A stretch of 64,000 nt of DNA. It comes from Candidatus Eiseniibacteriota bacterium. GTDB lineage: Bacteria; Eisenbacteria; RBG-16-71-46; CAVPCR01. The notes below the pieces were generated by a model. It ran no database searches. It worked only from the letters and a program-made list of their open reading frames with translations, and had not been told where the DNA came from. The translations under genes were made by a program, and so were the position numbers. Shown here in pieces: positions 21,286-32,753 of this stretch (position 1 is the first letter of the stretch; each line of letters opens with the position of its first letter). The stretch lies in contig CAVPCR010000002.1 in the NCBI GenBank assembly GCA_963702435.1, positions 448,001 through 512,000 of the forward strand, given 5' to 3'.

Positions 21286-21338
21286 GTGGCTCTCCCAGTC
21301 GCCGCCGCCGCGGGCTCGCCGGCGGCCGGCGCGCGCTG

Positions 21339-23051
<1,713 letters not shown>

Positions 23052-23108
23052 TCACCGCCGAGTGCCTGTCGCCGGGTGCTCACCGCCGACCGCCGGCCGG
23101 TGCGGCGC

Positions 23109-23870
23109 TCATCCGCCGCCCGAGGTCCGCAGGAGTGCCTCCGCCCGCTCGAGATCCGCGGGCACGTCGACGCCCTGCGCCGCCCAGTCCACGACTTCGA
23201 CGCGAATCCGAATGCCGTTCTCGAGCGCACGCAACTGCTCGAGCCTCTCCGCGAGCTCGAGCGGAGTCGGCGCCATGCGCGCGAGGGATATGAGAACATC
23301 CCGCCGGTACGCGTAGATCCCGATGTGCCTGAGATGGGCGGGCGGGGTGGACGCCGGGTGCCCCGCCCGCTCCCGGATGTAGGGGATGGGATGGCGGGAA
23401 AAGTAGAGCGCGTTCGATCGGCGATCGGTGACGACCTTGACCGCGTTCGGATCGAGCGCCGCCTCCGCGTCCACTATATGCGCCAGGGTCGCCATGTCAA
23501 CCGTCTTGTCCGCGATGAGCGGCGCCGCGCAGCGATCGATCGCGGCCGGCGGCACGCACGGCTCATCGCCCTGCAGGTTGACGAGGATCTCGGCGGTGTC
23601 GAGCGCGCTCGCCACCTGGGCCACGCGATCGGTTCCGCTCGGGAGGTCCGGAGATGTCATCCTCACCTCGGCGCCCGCGGCGGCGGCGACGGCCGCAATG
23701 CGCTCGTCGTCGGTGGCGACGATGACGCGCGACGGAAGCGCGGCGGCGCGGGCGCACGCGATCGCGTGCGCGATGAGCGGGCGGCCAAGGAGCGGGGCCA
23801 GGAGCTTCCCGGGGAAGCGAGTCGCCGCGTAGCGCGCGGGGATGACGACGGCCACGCGCGGGTCAGACAT
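23109..23870 (-). CDS. kdsB: CMP-KDO synthetase
   Basis: IPARYAATRFPGK, SGTDR, NLQGDEP, ERLEQLRALE motifs. Confidence 0.95.
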   Translation of the reverse strand: MSDPRVAVVIPARYAATRFPGKLLAPLLGRPLIAHAIACARAAALPSRVIVATDDERIAAVAAAAGAEVRMTSPDLPSGTDRVAQVASALDTAEILVNLQGDEPCVPPAAIDRCAAPLIADKTVDMATLAHIVDAEAALDPNAVKVVTDRRSNALYFSRHPIPYIRERAGHPASTPPAHLRHIGIYAYRRDVLISLARMAPTPLELAERLEQLRALENGIRIRVEVVDWAAQGVDVPADLERAEALLRTSGGG

Positions 23871-23931
23871 GGCCAAGTCCCGCCGCCCGGCCCGGTCCCG
23901 GGCGCGCGCCGCGGCCCGGTACCCAAATGAG

Positions 23932-23961
23932 GAGGGGACTCCCTTGGCGGGGAGTCCCCTC
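23932..23961 (-). terminator. Perfect 12-bp-stem hairpin downstream of rpmA
   Basis: GAGGGGACTCCC-N6-GGGAGTCCCCTC. Confidence 0.6.
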
Positions 23962-24037
23962 GAGTCTCCGATCCGGCGGCGGCGCGGCCGGCGCTCCGCG
24001 CGCCCGTTCGTGCGCGCCCGTCATCAGCGTTCTGTAC

Positions 24038-24316
24038 TCAGCTCCCCGCGTCGGGCAGGCGGCGCTCAGGAAGCACCGACACCTGCTTCTTCGAGTGACC
24101 GCGCTCCTCGAAGTGCACGTAGCCGTCGCGGAGCGCGAACAGAGTATCGTCCCCACCCCTGCCGACGTGCGTGCCGGGATGAATGCGGGTCCCGCGCTGC
24201 CGGACGATGATGGAACCGGCGGTCACGAACTGATTGCCGTAGGCCTTGACCCCCAGGAACTGGGGGTTCGAATCGCGCCCGTTGCGCGAGCTGCCGACAC
24301 CCTTCTTGTGCGCCAT
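24038..24316 (-). CDS. rpmA: 50S ribosomal protein L27
   Basis: [16 protein letters not shown]...IIVRQRGT. Confidence 0.98.
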   Translation of the reverse strand: MAHKKGVGSSRNGRDSNPQFLGVKAYGNQFVTAGSIIVRQRGTRIHPGTHVGRGGDDTLFALRDGYVHFEERGHSKKQVSVLPERRLPDAGS

Positions 24317-24352
24317 GACTTGTACCTGCCTCGAGCCTGCCTGGAACCCTGC

Positions 24353-24664
24353 CTAGACCTGGATGGCCCTGATCTTGAGCTCGGTGAAATCCCGCCGCGC
24401 TCCCCACCGCCGTCTATAGTCTTTGCGCTTCTTGAACTTGATGCCGATGATCTTCGGCCCGCGCAGGTGTCGCACGACCTCGGCCAGGACCCTGGCCCCG
24501 GGCACGAGCGGTGCGCCCACGGTGATCGCCTCGGCCTCGCCGACCAGCATGACTTCCTCGAGGGGGATCTCGTCGCCCACACCGGCAGCGAGTCGCGGCA
24601 CCTGGACGAGGCCGTTCGGCTCGACGCGGAACTGCATCCCCTTGACCCGAACAACGGCAAACAT
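24353..24664 (-). CDS. rplU: 50S ribosomal protein L21
   Basis: MFAVVRVKGMQFRV...KFKKRKDYRRRWG; directly upstream of rpmA. Confidence 0.95.
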   Translation of the reverse strand: MFAVVRVKGMQFRVEPNGLVQVPRLAAGVGDEIPLEEVMLVGEAEAITVGAPLVPGARVLAEVVRHLRGPKIIGIKFKKRKDYRRRWGARRDFTELKIRAIQV

Positions 24665-24767
24665 CAGAAGAGCCCTTCCACGATTCACGCGGCCCGGAGA
24701 AACCGAGCCGCGTGGTGCTTCCAGAGAAGAAGGCGGAACACCGCGACGGCGAACCTTGAACCGAGAG

Positions 24768-24796
24768 AGGCTAGCGGCCCGCCCCCCCCTTGTCAA
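24768..24796 (-). promoter_or_regulatory. Sigma70 promoter for rplU-rpmA
   Basis: TTGACA-N17-TAGCCT on the minus strand. Confidence 0.65.
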
Positions 24797-26523
24797 GGCA
24801 GGACGACGAGCCGGGCTGTCTCCCCACGCCGGCCCACGATCCAGTAGACCCCGGGATCTTTCGGCTGCCAGCGGAGTTCGCCCCCGGCCCCCGGATCCAG
24901 CCGGGCGCGGACCCGGCCCCCGGCGGTGATCAGCCGGAGCCCGGAGGCGGCCTCGACGCCGGCGATCGTGACCCAGGATCCGACCCGGGCCGGCAGCGGG
25001 GAGATGCGGAGCCCGTCGATCCGGCTCGCCCCGCTCGCGGCGAGGCCGGTGGTCGGGCGCTGGTTCGCAAAGACGTAGTTCCCGATCGTGTTGTCCCAGT
25101 TCGTCACCGCCAGGTCGAGGTCGTCCGAGACCCAGTAATCGACGGCCAGGGACTGACCCGGCGCGGCCGGGACCGAGATCCAGCCCTGATCGAGATCGTA
25201 GGCGAAGGTGCCCGGCGCGAGGGGCGTGCCGTCGGCGCGCACCTGGACGAGCCGCTGGATCGGCCTCCGGGTCACGTAGAAGAGCCGGCGCGCGCCGTTG
25301 GCCGGGAGGGTGTCGCTGCGCTGGAGGAGCCCGTCCCCATCCACATCGCCCGGCACGATGGCCTCGACGACGCTCGTGGTCTGCGAGATCCAGGCGGCTC
25401 CGGTCGTGAGCGTGCCGCCCAGGTTCTCGAAGACGAGCACCTGCCCCCACCAGCTGCCGGCGGCGAGATCCTCGTCGCCGTCGGCATCGAGATCGGCGAA
25501 GGCGACCGCGGAGCCGTAGACGTTCCCGACGTTCGAGGTCCACGACGGAGCAGAGGACAGGACGCCGTTCTGGTTCAGGAAGACGTAGAAGCGCCCGGTG
25601 CCACCGATCTGCCGGTTGGTGGCCGCCGCGAGATCGAGCCAGCCGTCGCCGTTCATGTCCCCCCAGGCGATCGTGTTGCCGTCCTGGGCGATCGTCGAGG
25701 CCCACACGGAGGTGGGGTTCAGCGTCCCGCCGTCGTTCCGGTAGAGCCGAAGCGGCGCCATCGAGTTGATGGTCGCAAGATCGAGATCGCCGTCGCGATC
25801 CACATCGGCCCACGCCACGTCATAGCTCGACTCGATCTCGGTCGACTGCCATGCGGGAAGGACGGCGAGCGCGCCGCCCTGGTTCAGGTAGAGGTCGTTC
25901 CGGGCCGGGCCGGTGACGTAGGCCTCGCCGTTGGCGAAGGCGAGATCGAGATCGCCGTCGAGGTCCACGTCGCCGAAGGCCAGGCTGAAGGAGTTGTCGA
26001 GATCGCTCGTCTGCCAGGAGGCCACCGCCTCGAACTGGGTGCCCAGGTTCCGGTAGAGGATCGAGCGCTGGCGATCGAACGAGCCATAGTTGCCGACCGC
26101 GAGATCCGGTCGCCCATCGCCGTCCACGTCCCCCACCGCGCAGTGGCCCGAGTAGTAGTTGTCGGAGGAGGTCCACGCCGGTGTGGTCCCGAGGACGCCG
26201 CCCGTGTTCCGGTAGAAGGTCCGCGGCTGCAAGGCCATGTCGTTCCCGTTCGAGACCACGAAGTCGAGGTCCAGGTCGGCGTCGACATCGGCAAGCGCCA
26301 GGCCGGTCGAAACCCGCGACACGTCGGTCGAGGTCCAGACCGGGGTCGTGCCGATCTGGATCGCGAGCGTGGCATCGGGCGCGAGAGGCGGCGCCGGCGG
26401 CGCGGTCCTCCGGATCGTCTCGAGATCGGCGGCGCGTTGCGCCGCGGCGGGGCCGGCGGTCGCGGCGAGAAGAAGGAGCGCGGCGAGAACGAGACGCGGG
26501 CGAATGCCGTGTGCGACGAACAT
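24793..26523 (-). CDS. Secreted FG-GAP/VCBS-repeat (beta-propeller) protein with degenerate C-terminal sorting-like domain
   Basis: Signal peptide; about 7 DxDxDGDxD repeats; C-terminal LRISPLP...PGVYW...RLVVLP. Confidence 0.85.
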   Translation of the reverse strand: MFVAHGIRPRLVLAALLLLAATAGPAAAQRAADLETIRRTAPPAPPLAPDATLAIQIGTTPVWTSTDVSRVSTGLALADVDADLDLDFVVSNGNDMALQPRTFYRNTGGVLGTTPAWTSSDNYYSGHCAVGDVDGDGRPDLAVGNYGSFDRQRSILYRNLGTQFEAVASWQTSDLDNSFSLAFGDVDLDGDLDLAFANGEAYVTGPARNDLYLNQGGALAVLPAWQSTEIESSYDVAWADVDRDGDLDLATINSMAPLRLYRNDGGTLNPTSVWASTIAQDGNTIAWGDMNGDGWLDLAAATNRQIGGTGRFYVFLNQNGVLSSAPSWTSNVGNVYGSAVAFADLDADGDEDLAAGSWWGQVLVFENLGGTLTTGAAWISQTTSVVEAIVPGDVDGDGLLQRSDTLPANGARRLFYVTRRPIQRLVQVRADGTPLAPGTFAYDLDQGWISVPAAPGQSLAVDYWVSDDLDLAVTNWDNTIGNYVFANQRPTTGLAASGASRIDGLRISPLPARVGSWVTIAGVEAASGLRLITAGGRVRARLDPGAGGELRWQPKDPGVYWIVGRRGETARLVVLP

Positions 26524-26928
26524 GGGCTGCCTCCCAGGGACATGACCGCCGAGACTAGGATGCCTTCCGTTGATCGTCTCATGCGCCGGCGGCCCGAGGC
26601 AAGCTGCTGCTCGCGACCGCTGCGGCGCGGCCAGGGCGGTCACCCCCCTCGCCACGGAGCCCGCTCCCAGCCAAGCGCCATCGCCCCACTTCGCGACCGC
26701 GCCCGCCGCGTCAAACGCTGTCGCCCCACCCGGCGACGCGCGCACGCCACGGCGCAGATCCGAGCCCGGGCTCGCCATGCCCCCGCGTCAGATACAGTCG
26801 CGCCCTTCCCCGCCGCGACCGCGCCTTCCACGCCCGAACATGTGCAGGCATCCCGGAACTCATCCGCCTTACGAGCTCCATACCGCTACGAGCTCTCCCG
26901 GCCACACCGTGGCCCGCACAGACGCATC

Positions 26929-26943
26929 GCATGAACCGTGCCG
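26929..26943 (-). promoter_or_regulatory. Sigma54-type -24/-12 promoter
   Basis: cGG-CACGGTTCAT-GC (GG-N10-GC). The same motif is conserved in the homologous element at 52334-52347. Confidence 0.55.
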
Positions 26944-27093
26944 CTGTACCGGGGGAGATGCGCAAGAGGTGATTCGTGAGCGTCCTCAAGGCACGAGCCT
27001 TCCACCCACTCCGCCGGAGTGCGCACGACGTTGTCACTTTTGCCAACTTCGTTGCCGGGGAGGATGCGCCGCGCCCCTGCGACCGCCGCCCCG

Positions 27094-27510
27094 CTACGAG
27101 CGCCGCCGGCCGCGCCAGGCATCGAGCGCGAGCCGCCCGCCGCCGGCGATCAGGAAGAAGAAGGCGACCGCCGCGTAGAGTAAGGCCATCTCCTTGTCGG
27201 CGAAGGGATCGGCGGCATGCCGGCGGAAGGCGGCCACCAGCATGGTCATCAAGACCATGAGCGCCGCCGGGCGCGTGAAGAGCCCCGCGGCGAGCAGCAG
27301 ACCCCCGGCGAACTCGGAGAGGCCGGCCGCCCACGCGAAGAGGAGCGGCACCGGAAAGCCGAGCTCCCCGACTCCGTTCACGAACCGCTCGCTCGGCGGG
27401 ATCTTGCTCATGCCGTGTGCGAGCGCCATGGCAAGCCCAGTGAACATCCGCAAGACGAGGAACGCCAGGTCGGACGCGCCCGGCTCGCCGCTCGATCGAC
27501 CGTTCGCCAT
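27094..27510 (-). CDS. DoxX family membrane protein
   Basis: LRMFTGLAMALAHGMSK...EFAGGLLLAAGLFTRPAA...GGGRLALD. Confidence 0.9.
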   Translation of the reverse strand: MANGRSSGEPGASDLAFLVLRMFTGLAMALAHGMSKIPPSERFVNGVGELGFPVPLLFAWAAGLSEFAGGLLLAAGLFTRPAALMVLMTMLVAAFRRHAADPFADKEMALLYAAVAFFFLIAGGGRLALDAWRGRRRS

Positions 27511-27512
27511 GT

Positions 27513-29102
27513 CTACAGCCCCACCCGCTCGGTCACATCCTCGGACGTGCCGACGACCTTGAGCCGACGCTCGTTCCGCCGGAGGGTGGGATCGTCGACG
27601 ATGTCCACCTCGAGCCCGTGGCGGCGTTCGATCTGCCCGATGCGCCCGCCGCGCTCCTCCATGAGGAAGACGGCGACCTCCGGGGAAACATGGAGCTCGA
27701 GCCGCTTTTCCGTGAGCTCGCGGCCCGCCCGCTCGAGCATGCGCTCGACCGTCATCCCGACCGACTCGAGCGACAGCACCTTGCCCACGCCGTCGCAGGT
27801 CGGGCAGTCGTCGGAGAAGTAATGGAGGAGGCTCGGCCGGACCCGCTGCCGCGTCATCTCGACGAGTCCGAGATCGGAGACGCCGAAGGTCTTCGTGCGC
27901 GCCCGGTCCTTGCGCAGGCACGTGCGGAGCTCCTCGAGCACCGAGCGCTTGTTCGCCTCGATCTCCATGTCGATGAAGTCGATGACGATGATTCCGCCGA
28001 TGTCCCGGAGCCGGAGCTGGCGGGCGATCTCCTTGGCTGCCTCCAGGTTCGTGCGCAGGATGGTCTCCTCCTGCGACGCCGTCTTCCCGGTGTAGCGGCC
28101 GGTGTTGACGTCGATCGTGACCAGGGCCTCGGTGTGCTCGATCACGATGTATCCGCCCCGCTTGAGCCAGATCTTGCGGTCGAAGGTCTTCTCGATCTCG
28201 GGCTCGATCCCGAAGCGGTCGAAGATGGACGTTTCCTGCTCGTAGTGCTCGACCCGGTTCCGGAGCTCGGGCGCGTACGACTTGAGATAGCCCAGAATCT
28301 CCTTGTGCTCCTTCTTCCCGTCGATGACGACGCGGTCCACCTCCTCGGTGAAGAGGTCGCGGATCAGGCCCGTCGTCAGCTCCATCTCGCGATGGAGGAG
28401 CGCCGGAGCCTTCTCCTTCCGCGACTTCTTCTGCACCTCATCCCACATCTTGGCAAGGAAGCGAACATCGGACCGGAAGTGACGGAGGTCCTTCCCCTCC
28501 CCCACCGTGCGCACGATGATGCCGCCGCCATCGGGCTTCACCTCGGTCAGGAGATCGCGGAGCCGTTGCCGCTCGTCGCGGTCGAGGATCTTCCGCGAGA
28601 TGCCGAGGTGGTCGAGCTGCGGCATGAAGACCAGGTAGCGCCCGGGGAGCGAGATCTGCTGGGAGACCCGCGGCCCCTTGGTCGAGATCGGCTCCTTCGT
28701 GATCTGGACCAGGACCTCCTGGCCCGGCTTCAGATGCTCCTCGATCCGGGGATGGGCATCCGGCCCGCGCCGGGGGAGACGGGGGCGGCGGCCGCGGCGC
28801 TGAGCGCCGCCTGCATTCCCGTTCTCCTCGGTCGCCTCATCGTCGATGTCGAGCCCCTCCATCAACTTGGGGCGCGCGGTGGCGAGGTCGGAGGCGTGGA
28901 GAAAGCCGGTGCGCTCGAGCCCCAGGTCGACGAAAGCGGCCTGCATGCCCGGCAGCACGGCGTTCACCCGCGCCTTGAAGATGTCCCCGACAATGCGTCG
29001 CTTGTCGGGTCGTTCGAACAGCAGTTCTACCAGCTCACCATCTTCGAGTATGGCGATGCGTGTCTCGGCCTGGTCGGCGTTGATAACTATCTCTTTGGAC
29101 AT
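27513..29102 (-). CDS. rng: Ribonuclease G/E family (Rne/Rng)
   Basis: VLPGMQAAFVDLG S1 domain, IDVNTG, RLRDIGGIIVIDFIDM, CPTC. Confidence 0.95.
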   Translation of the reverse strand: MSKEIVINADQAETRIAILEDGELVELLFERPDKRRIVGDIFKARVNAVLPGMQAAFVDLGLERTGFLHASDLATARPKLMEGLDIDDEATEENGNAGGAQRRGRRPRLPRRGPDAHPRIEEHLKPGQEVLVQITKEPISTKGPRVSQQISLPGRYLVFMPQLDHLGISRKILDRDERQRLRDLLTEVKPDGGGIIVRTVGEGKDLRHFRSDVRFLAKMWDEVQKKSRKEKAPALLHREMELTTGLIRDLFTEEVDRVVIDGKKEHKEILGYLKSYAPELRNRVEHYEQETSIFDRFGIEPEIEKTFDRKIWLKRGGYIVIEHTEALVTIDVNTGRYTGKTASQEETILRTNLEAAKEIARQLRLRDIGGIIVIDFIDMEIEANKRSVLEELRTCLRKDRARTKTFGVSDLGLVEMTRQRVRPSLLHYFSDDCPTCDGVGKVLSLESVGMTVERMLERAGRELTEKRLELHVSPEVAVFLMEERGGRIGQIERRHGLEVDIVDDPTLRRNERRLKVVGTSEDVTERVGL

Positions 29103-31857
29103 CGGGTCTCCCGTCGCTCGTGGCGAGACCAGCCGCCGATTCGGGGGCGGCCCGCGCCCCCACGAGCTCTTCCCCGGCCACGGCGTCGAGGGGCGTGATC
29201 ACGTGATCGCCCCGCACCTGGTAGAGCCGGCGTCGGACGACGCGCAAGAGCCGGGGGTCGAGCCGGTTCTCTCCCTCGAGATGGGCCACGAGGAACGCGG
29301 CCAGGTCGAGCGGCCGCGCAGCCCCATCGCCCGCGATGCGGAGCGTGAGGTCAAGCTCGGGGGAGGCGTCGTCGCCGGCCGCGAGGGCCAGGCGCCGGAC
29401 ACCGCCCGTGAGCTCCACGGGTCGCTCGCCGTCCGGACCTCGCTGCATGACGAAGGCCCGGTTCTGGGAGAGAAAATGGCGGATGGCCTCGTCGAGCGAG
29501 GCGCGAAGGGATTCATGATCCGGGTCGCCAAGGAGCCGACGCACATGCGGCGGGAAGCCGATGCGATAGTCGGCATGGTCGATCAAGCTCATCAGCGACT
29601 GGACCTTGTTGAGGATGGGGACGGCCTCGAACACGCGAATGCCGTCCGGTAGATGGGCGTTCATGAGATCGACGAACTCGGCCGGACGTTCGTCCACGAG
29701 CTCGACGTCGAAGTACTCGTCCAGACCGACCATGCCCACCGGGAGCGGCGGGCCGAAGGACAGCTTGGGATGGCGGCTGAATCCGGTCGAGTACGCGACC
29801 GCGATGTCGGCGCGCCGGAGCGACCGATCAAGGAGCCGCACGGTATCGAGATGCGAGATGAAACGCACGGGGTTCGTCTTCGCGAAGCGCACCCGGTGGC
29901 GGCGCGAGCTCGGGCGGCCCGCACGCCGGCGGGCCCGGCCGCGGCCGTAGAGGCCCGCGCGCTGCGCGACCTCCTCGGCTCCGGCCTCGGCGGTGACCGC
30001 TGCCGGATCGTCGCCCGCGCCGGCATCGACCCGGGCCTCCCCCCCGACGAGAGGCAGGTCGGCGAAGAGGGCGGCGCCCGCGGGGAGCGGGGCCGCGATC
30101 TCGATCCGGCGGGGCGGCGTCACCTCGCCGCGCCGTGCCGCCTCGCGCTCGGCGGCGAGGTGCGCTTCGCCCTCGCCGAGCGCGAGATGGGACCAGGGAA
30201 GCGGAAGCGACGTATCGCGCGGACCCAGATCCGCGGCGAGGTCGACGCCCACATCCGCGAGCGCCCGCCACCAGAGGACGGGGCGAGCGAGCTCGGACCA
30301 GCTGTCGAGGCGTGCCCCGGCGCGATAGGCGCCGAGGATCACCGCGCCGAGCCGGCGATCGCCGCGGGCGATCAGCGCTTCGAGCTGCGCCGTTTCGGGA
30401 TGCCCCCAGCGGAGCCGGAGCGGGCGCCGGTGGAGGAGCCCGCGCAACCGTTTCACGCGATGGCGCATCTCCTCGAGCGGCAATTGCTCTTCCCACTGAA
30501 AGGGCGTGTGTGCCCGCGGGACGAAGGGATGAATCGTGACCTGCACGGCGAAGCGCATCCCGGGGCGCTGCCCGGCCTGGCGCACGCGCTCGCAGAGATC
30601 GGCGATCGCCGTGAGATCCTCGTCGGTTTCGGTGGGGAGGCCGATGATGAAGTGCAGCTTGACCGAGGGCCAGCCGAGCGCGGCCGCATCCCGCACGGCG
30701 GAGAGCAGCGCCGGCTCGTCGAGCGGCTTCCCGAGCACGCTGCGGAGCCGCTCGCTTCCCGCCTCGGGCGCGAACTCGAGCGCGGTCCGCCGCACGCGCG
30801 AGAGCTCGGCGAGAGCGGCCCGCGTCAGGCGCTCGCCGGATGCCGAGTCGAGCGCCAGCGCTACACCGGTGCCGAAGAGACGGCGGCCGAGCATCTCGAC
30901 ACCCGGAGCGAACTGGCTCCAGTCGGCAGGCATCAGCCCGGCGAGAGAGATCTCCCCCCAGCCGCTCGAGCGCAGGGCGCGAGCGGCCGCATCGAGGCAG
31001 GATACGGGATCGAGCTCGCGGACCGGACCGGCCGTGCGTGCCGGCTGGCAGAATCGGCAGCGGCGGGGACAGCCGCGCTGCACTTCGAGGGCGAGCACAT
31101 CGTCACGCACGTCGAGCAGGGGCTGCAGCGGCGCCGCCGGGAGGGGCATGTCCCTGGTGTAGGCGGCCGCGATCGAGCCGGTCCCCGGGGCGGCGACGCA
31201 GCGGCCGTCCACGCCCGTGACGACCTTGACGAGCGAGGGCACGTAGACCCCGGGCACCGCGGCCAGGCTCTCGAGCAGCTCCGGGCGCGATGCCCGCGCA
31301 CTGCGGCAGCGGCCGACCACGCGCACTAGCTCGTCGAGGCTCGCCTCGGGATCGCCGAGGAGGACCGCGTCGAAGAAATCGGCGAAGGGCTCCGGGTTGG
31401 CGATGGCAGCGCCGATCACGACCGGATCGTCGATCTCGCGCTCGGCGGCGAGGATCGGCACGCGCCCGAGGTCGAGGAGCTCGACGACCCCCGCGGCCAT
31501 GAGCTCGCCGAGGACCGGGATCAGGATGAGATCGAAGGTGTGGAGCGGCCGGCGCGAGGAGAGCGCGAAGAGGGGCAGGGCATGGCGGCGGAGCTCCTCC
31601 TCGAAATCGATCCACGGCAGGAAGGCGAGATCGGCATTGGCCCCGGCGGCCGCAAGCCCTCGGTAGAGAGCGGGGATGGCCGGGCGCATGACGGCAGCCT
31701 CGAGCAGATCCGGCGCCGCCACCACGGTCTCGAGGCGACCCGGTCGCCGGTCGCTGAGACCGAGGATGAGCGGCTGATAGCGCGCCGGCCGGCTCACCAA
31801 GGGGAGGAGCGCGTCCTCGACATCATCCACGCGCATGCCCTGAAGCGCCTCCGGCAT
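29035..31857 (-). CDS. B12-binding-like radical SAM protein fused to a DUF2344 domain (TIGR03960/TIGR03936-type)
   Basis: CPRRCRFC motif, FAPEAGSERLR, HTPFQW; C-terminal RFISHLD...PKLSFGPPLPVG; the usual neighbour of rng. Confidence 0.88.
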   Translation of the reverse strand: MPEALQGMRVDDVEDALLPLVSRPARYQPLILGLSDRRPGRLETVVAAPDLLEAAVMRPAIPALYRGLAAAGANADLAFLPWIDFEEELRRHALPLFALSSRRPLHTFDLILIPVLGELMAAGVVELLDLGRVPILAAEREIDDPVVIGAAIANPEPFADFFDAVLLGDPEASLDELVRVVGRCRSARASRPELLESLAAVPGVYVPSLVKVVTGVDGRCVAAPGTGSIAAAYTRDMPLPAAPLQPLLDVRDDVLALEVQRGCPRRCRFCQPARTAGPVRELDPVSCLDAAARALRSSGWGEISLAGLMPADWSQFAPGVEMLGRRLFGTGVALALDSASGERLTRAALAELSRVRRTALEFAPEAGSERLRSVLGKPLDEPALLSAVRDAAALGWPSVKLHFIIGLPTETDEDLTAIADLCERVRQAGQRPGMRFAVQVTIHPFVPRAHTPFQWEEQLPLEEMRHRVKRLRGLLHRRPLRLRWGHPETAQLEALIARGDRRLGAVILGAYRAGARLDSWSELARPVLWWRALADVGVDLAADLGPRDTSLPLPWSHLALGEGEAHLAAEREAARRGEVTPPRRIEIAAPLPAGAALFADLPLVGGEARVDAGAGDDPAAVTAEAGAEEVAQRAGLYGRGRARRRAGRPSSRRHRVRFAKTNPVRFISHLDTVRLLDRSLRRADIAVAYSTGFSRHPKLSFGPPLPVGMVGLDEYFDVELVDERPAEFVDLMNAHLPDGIRVFEAVPILNKVQSLMSLIDHADYRIGFPPHVRRLLGDPDHESLRASLDEAIRHFLSQNRAFVMQRGPDGERPVELTGGVRRLALAAGDDASPELDLTLRIAGDGAARPLDLAAFLVAHLEGENRLDPRLLRVVRRRLYQVRGDHVITPLDAVAGEELVGARAAPESAAGLATSDGRPDVQRDSYQRRPGRDTHRHTRRW

Positions 31858-31920
31858 GACCCTCCCTGCGCCCGCGTCTGAGCTGAGCCGATTACCCAAG
31901 TCAACACCCTTAAACGGCTT

Positions 31921-31949
31921 AAGCTAGCATCAGGAAATGCGGGTGACAA
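31921..31949 (-). promoter_or_regulatory. Sigma70 promoter for the radical SAM-rng operon
   Basis: TTGTCA-N17-TAGCTT with extended -10 TGn. Confidence 0.55.
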
Positions 31950-32009
31950 CCGGGAAAGCGGCCGCCTGGGCTGCTGCCCGGCCGGTGAGGGGGACGCTGC
32001 CCGCTCGCC

Positions 32010-32038
32010 TTGACGAACGGGGGACGACTCCCTACGGT
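32010..32038 (+). promoter_or_regulatory. Possible sigma70 promoter for the DUF3467 gene
   Basis: TTGACG-N17-TACGGT. Confidence 0.4.
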
Positions 32039-32161
32039 TCGCCCGGGCGCGCGGCCGCACCGGCCGAGCGCAGACCGGGCTCATAAGAATCGAACTGGCC
32101 GGGTCTTGACGCCCGCTCCTCGCGCAGCGGACGAAGGCGACGGCAGGAAGGGACCATCACC

Positions 32162-32524
32162 ATGGCGAGCGGACCGCGGCCACAGGGGGGCGCTGCCCCG
32201 CCCATGCAGCAGATCGGCGTCGAGCTCGGAGAGAAGGAGTCGGAGGGAATCTACTCAAACTTCGCTCTCATCTCGCATACGCCGTCCGAGTTCATCCTCG
32301 ACTTCGCCCGCATCCTGCCCGGCGCCCGGAAGGCGCGCGTGCACGCGCGGATCGTCATGACGCCCCAGCACGTGAAGGCGCTGCGAGCCGCCCTCGATCA
32401 GAACATCACACGCTACGAGGGGGACTACGGCACGATCCCGACCCCGGCCGGCGAGGTGGCCCCGCGGCACATCGGCTTCACGACCCCCGTACCCACCGAG
32501 ACGGACCCGCCGCGCACAGGGTAG
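32162..32524 (+). CDS. DUF3467 family protein
   Basis: EGIYSNFALISHTPSEFILDFAR...RIVMTPQHVKAL...YEGDYGTI. Confidence 0.88.
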   Translation: MASGPRPQGGAAPPMQQIGVELGEKESEGIYSNFALISHTPSEFILDFARILPGARKARVHARIVMTPQHVKALRAALDQNITRYEGDYGTIPTPAGEVAPRHIGFTTPVPTETDPPRTG

Positions 32525-32557
32525 CGAGAATTTCGATCTTCCTTGACCGAACGCGCC

Positions 32558-32586
32558 TTGACATGCCGCGGACCCGTGGCTAGCTT
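32558..32586 (+). promoter_or_regulatory. Sigma70 promoter upstream of the ncRNA candidate
   Basis: TTGACA-N17-TAGCTT with no plus-strand gene downstream. Confidence 0.65.
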
Positions 32587-32592
32587 TCGGTC

Positions 32593-32743
32593 AAGCGGAG
32601 CGGGGTTCCCTGCTGCAATCGCGCCTCGAACCTCTCGGGTGACCGATGCACTCGGCCCTAGAGCGGACGTGCCCCATAACACGATGTGTGGGGTCGCCAG
32701 GGATGGCAGAGGGGCGTGGAGGCGGCGGGGAACCTTTTTTTTT
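32593..32743 (+). ncRNA. Putative structured small RNA (family unassigned; 6S-like possible)
   Basis: GGTTCCCTGCTGC pairs with GCGGCGGGGAACC, with two internal hairpins, a T9 run and its own promoter. Confidence 0.55.
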
Positions 32744-32753
32744 GCGACCGCCT

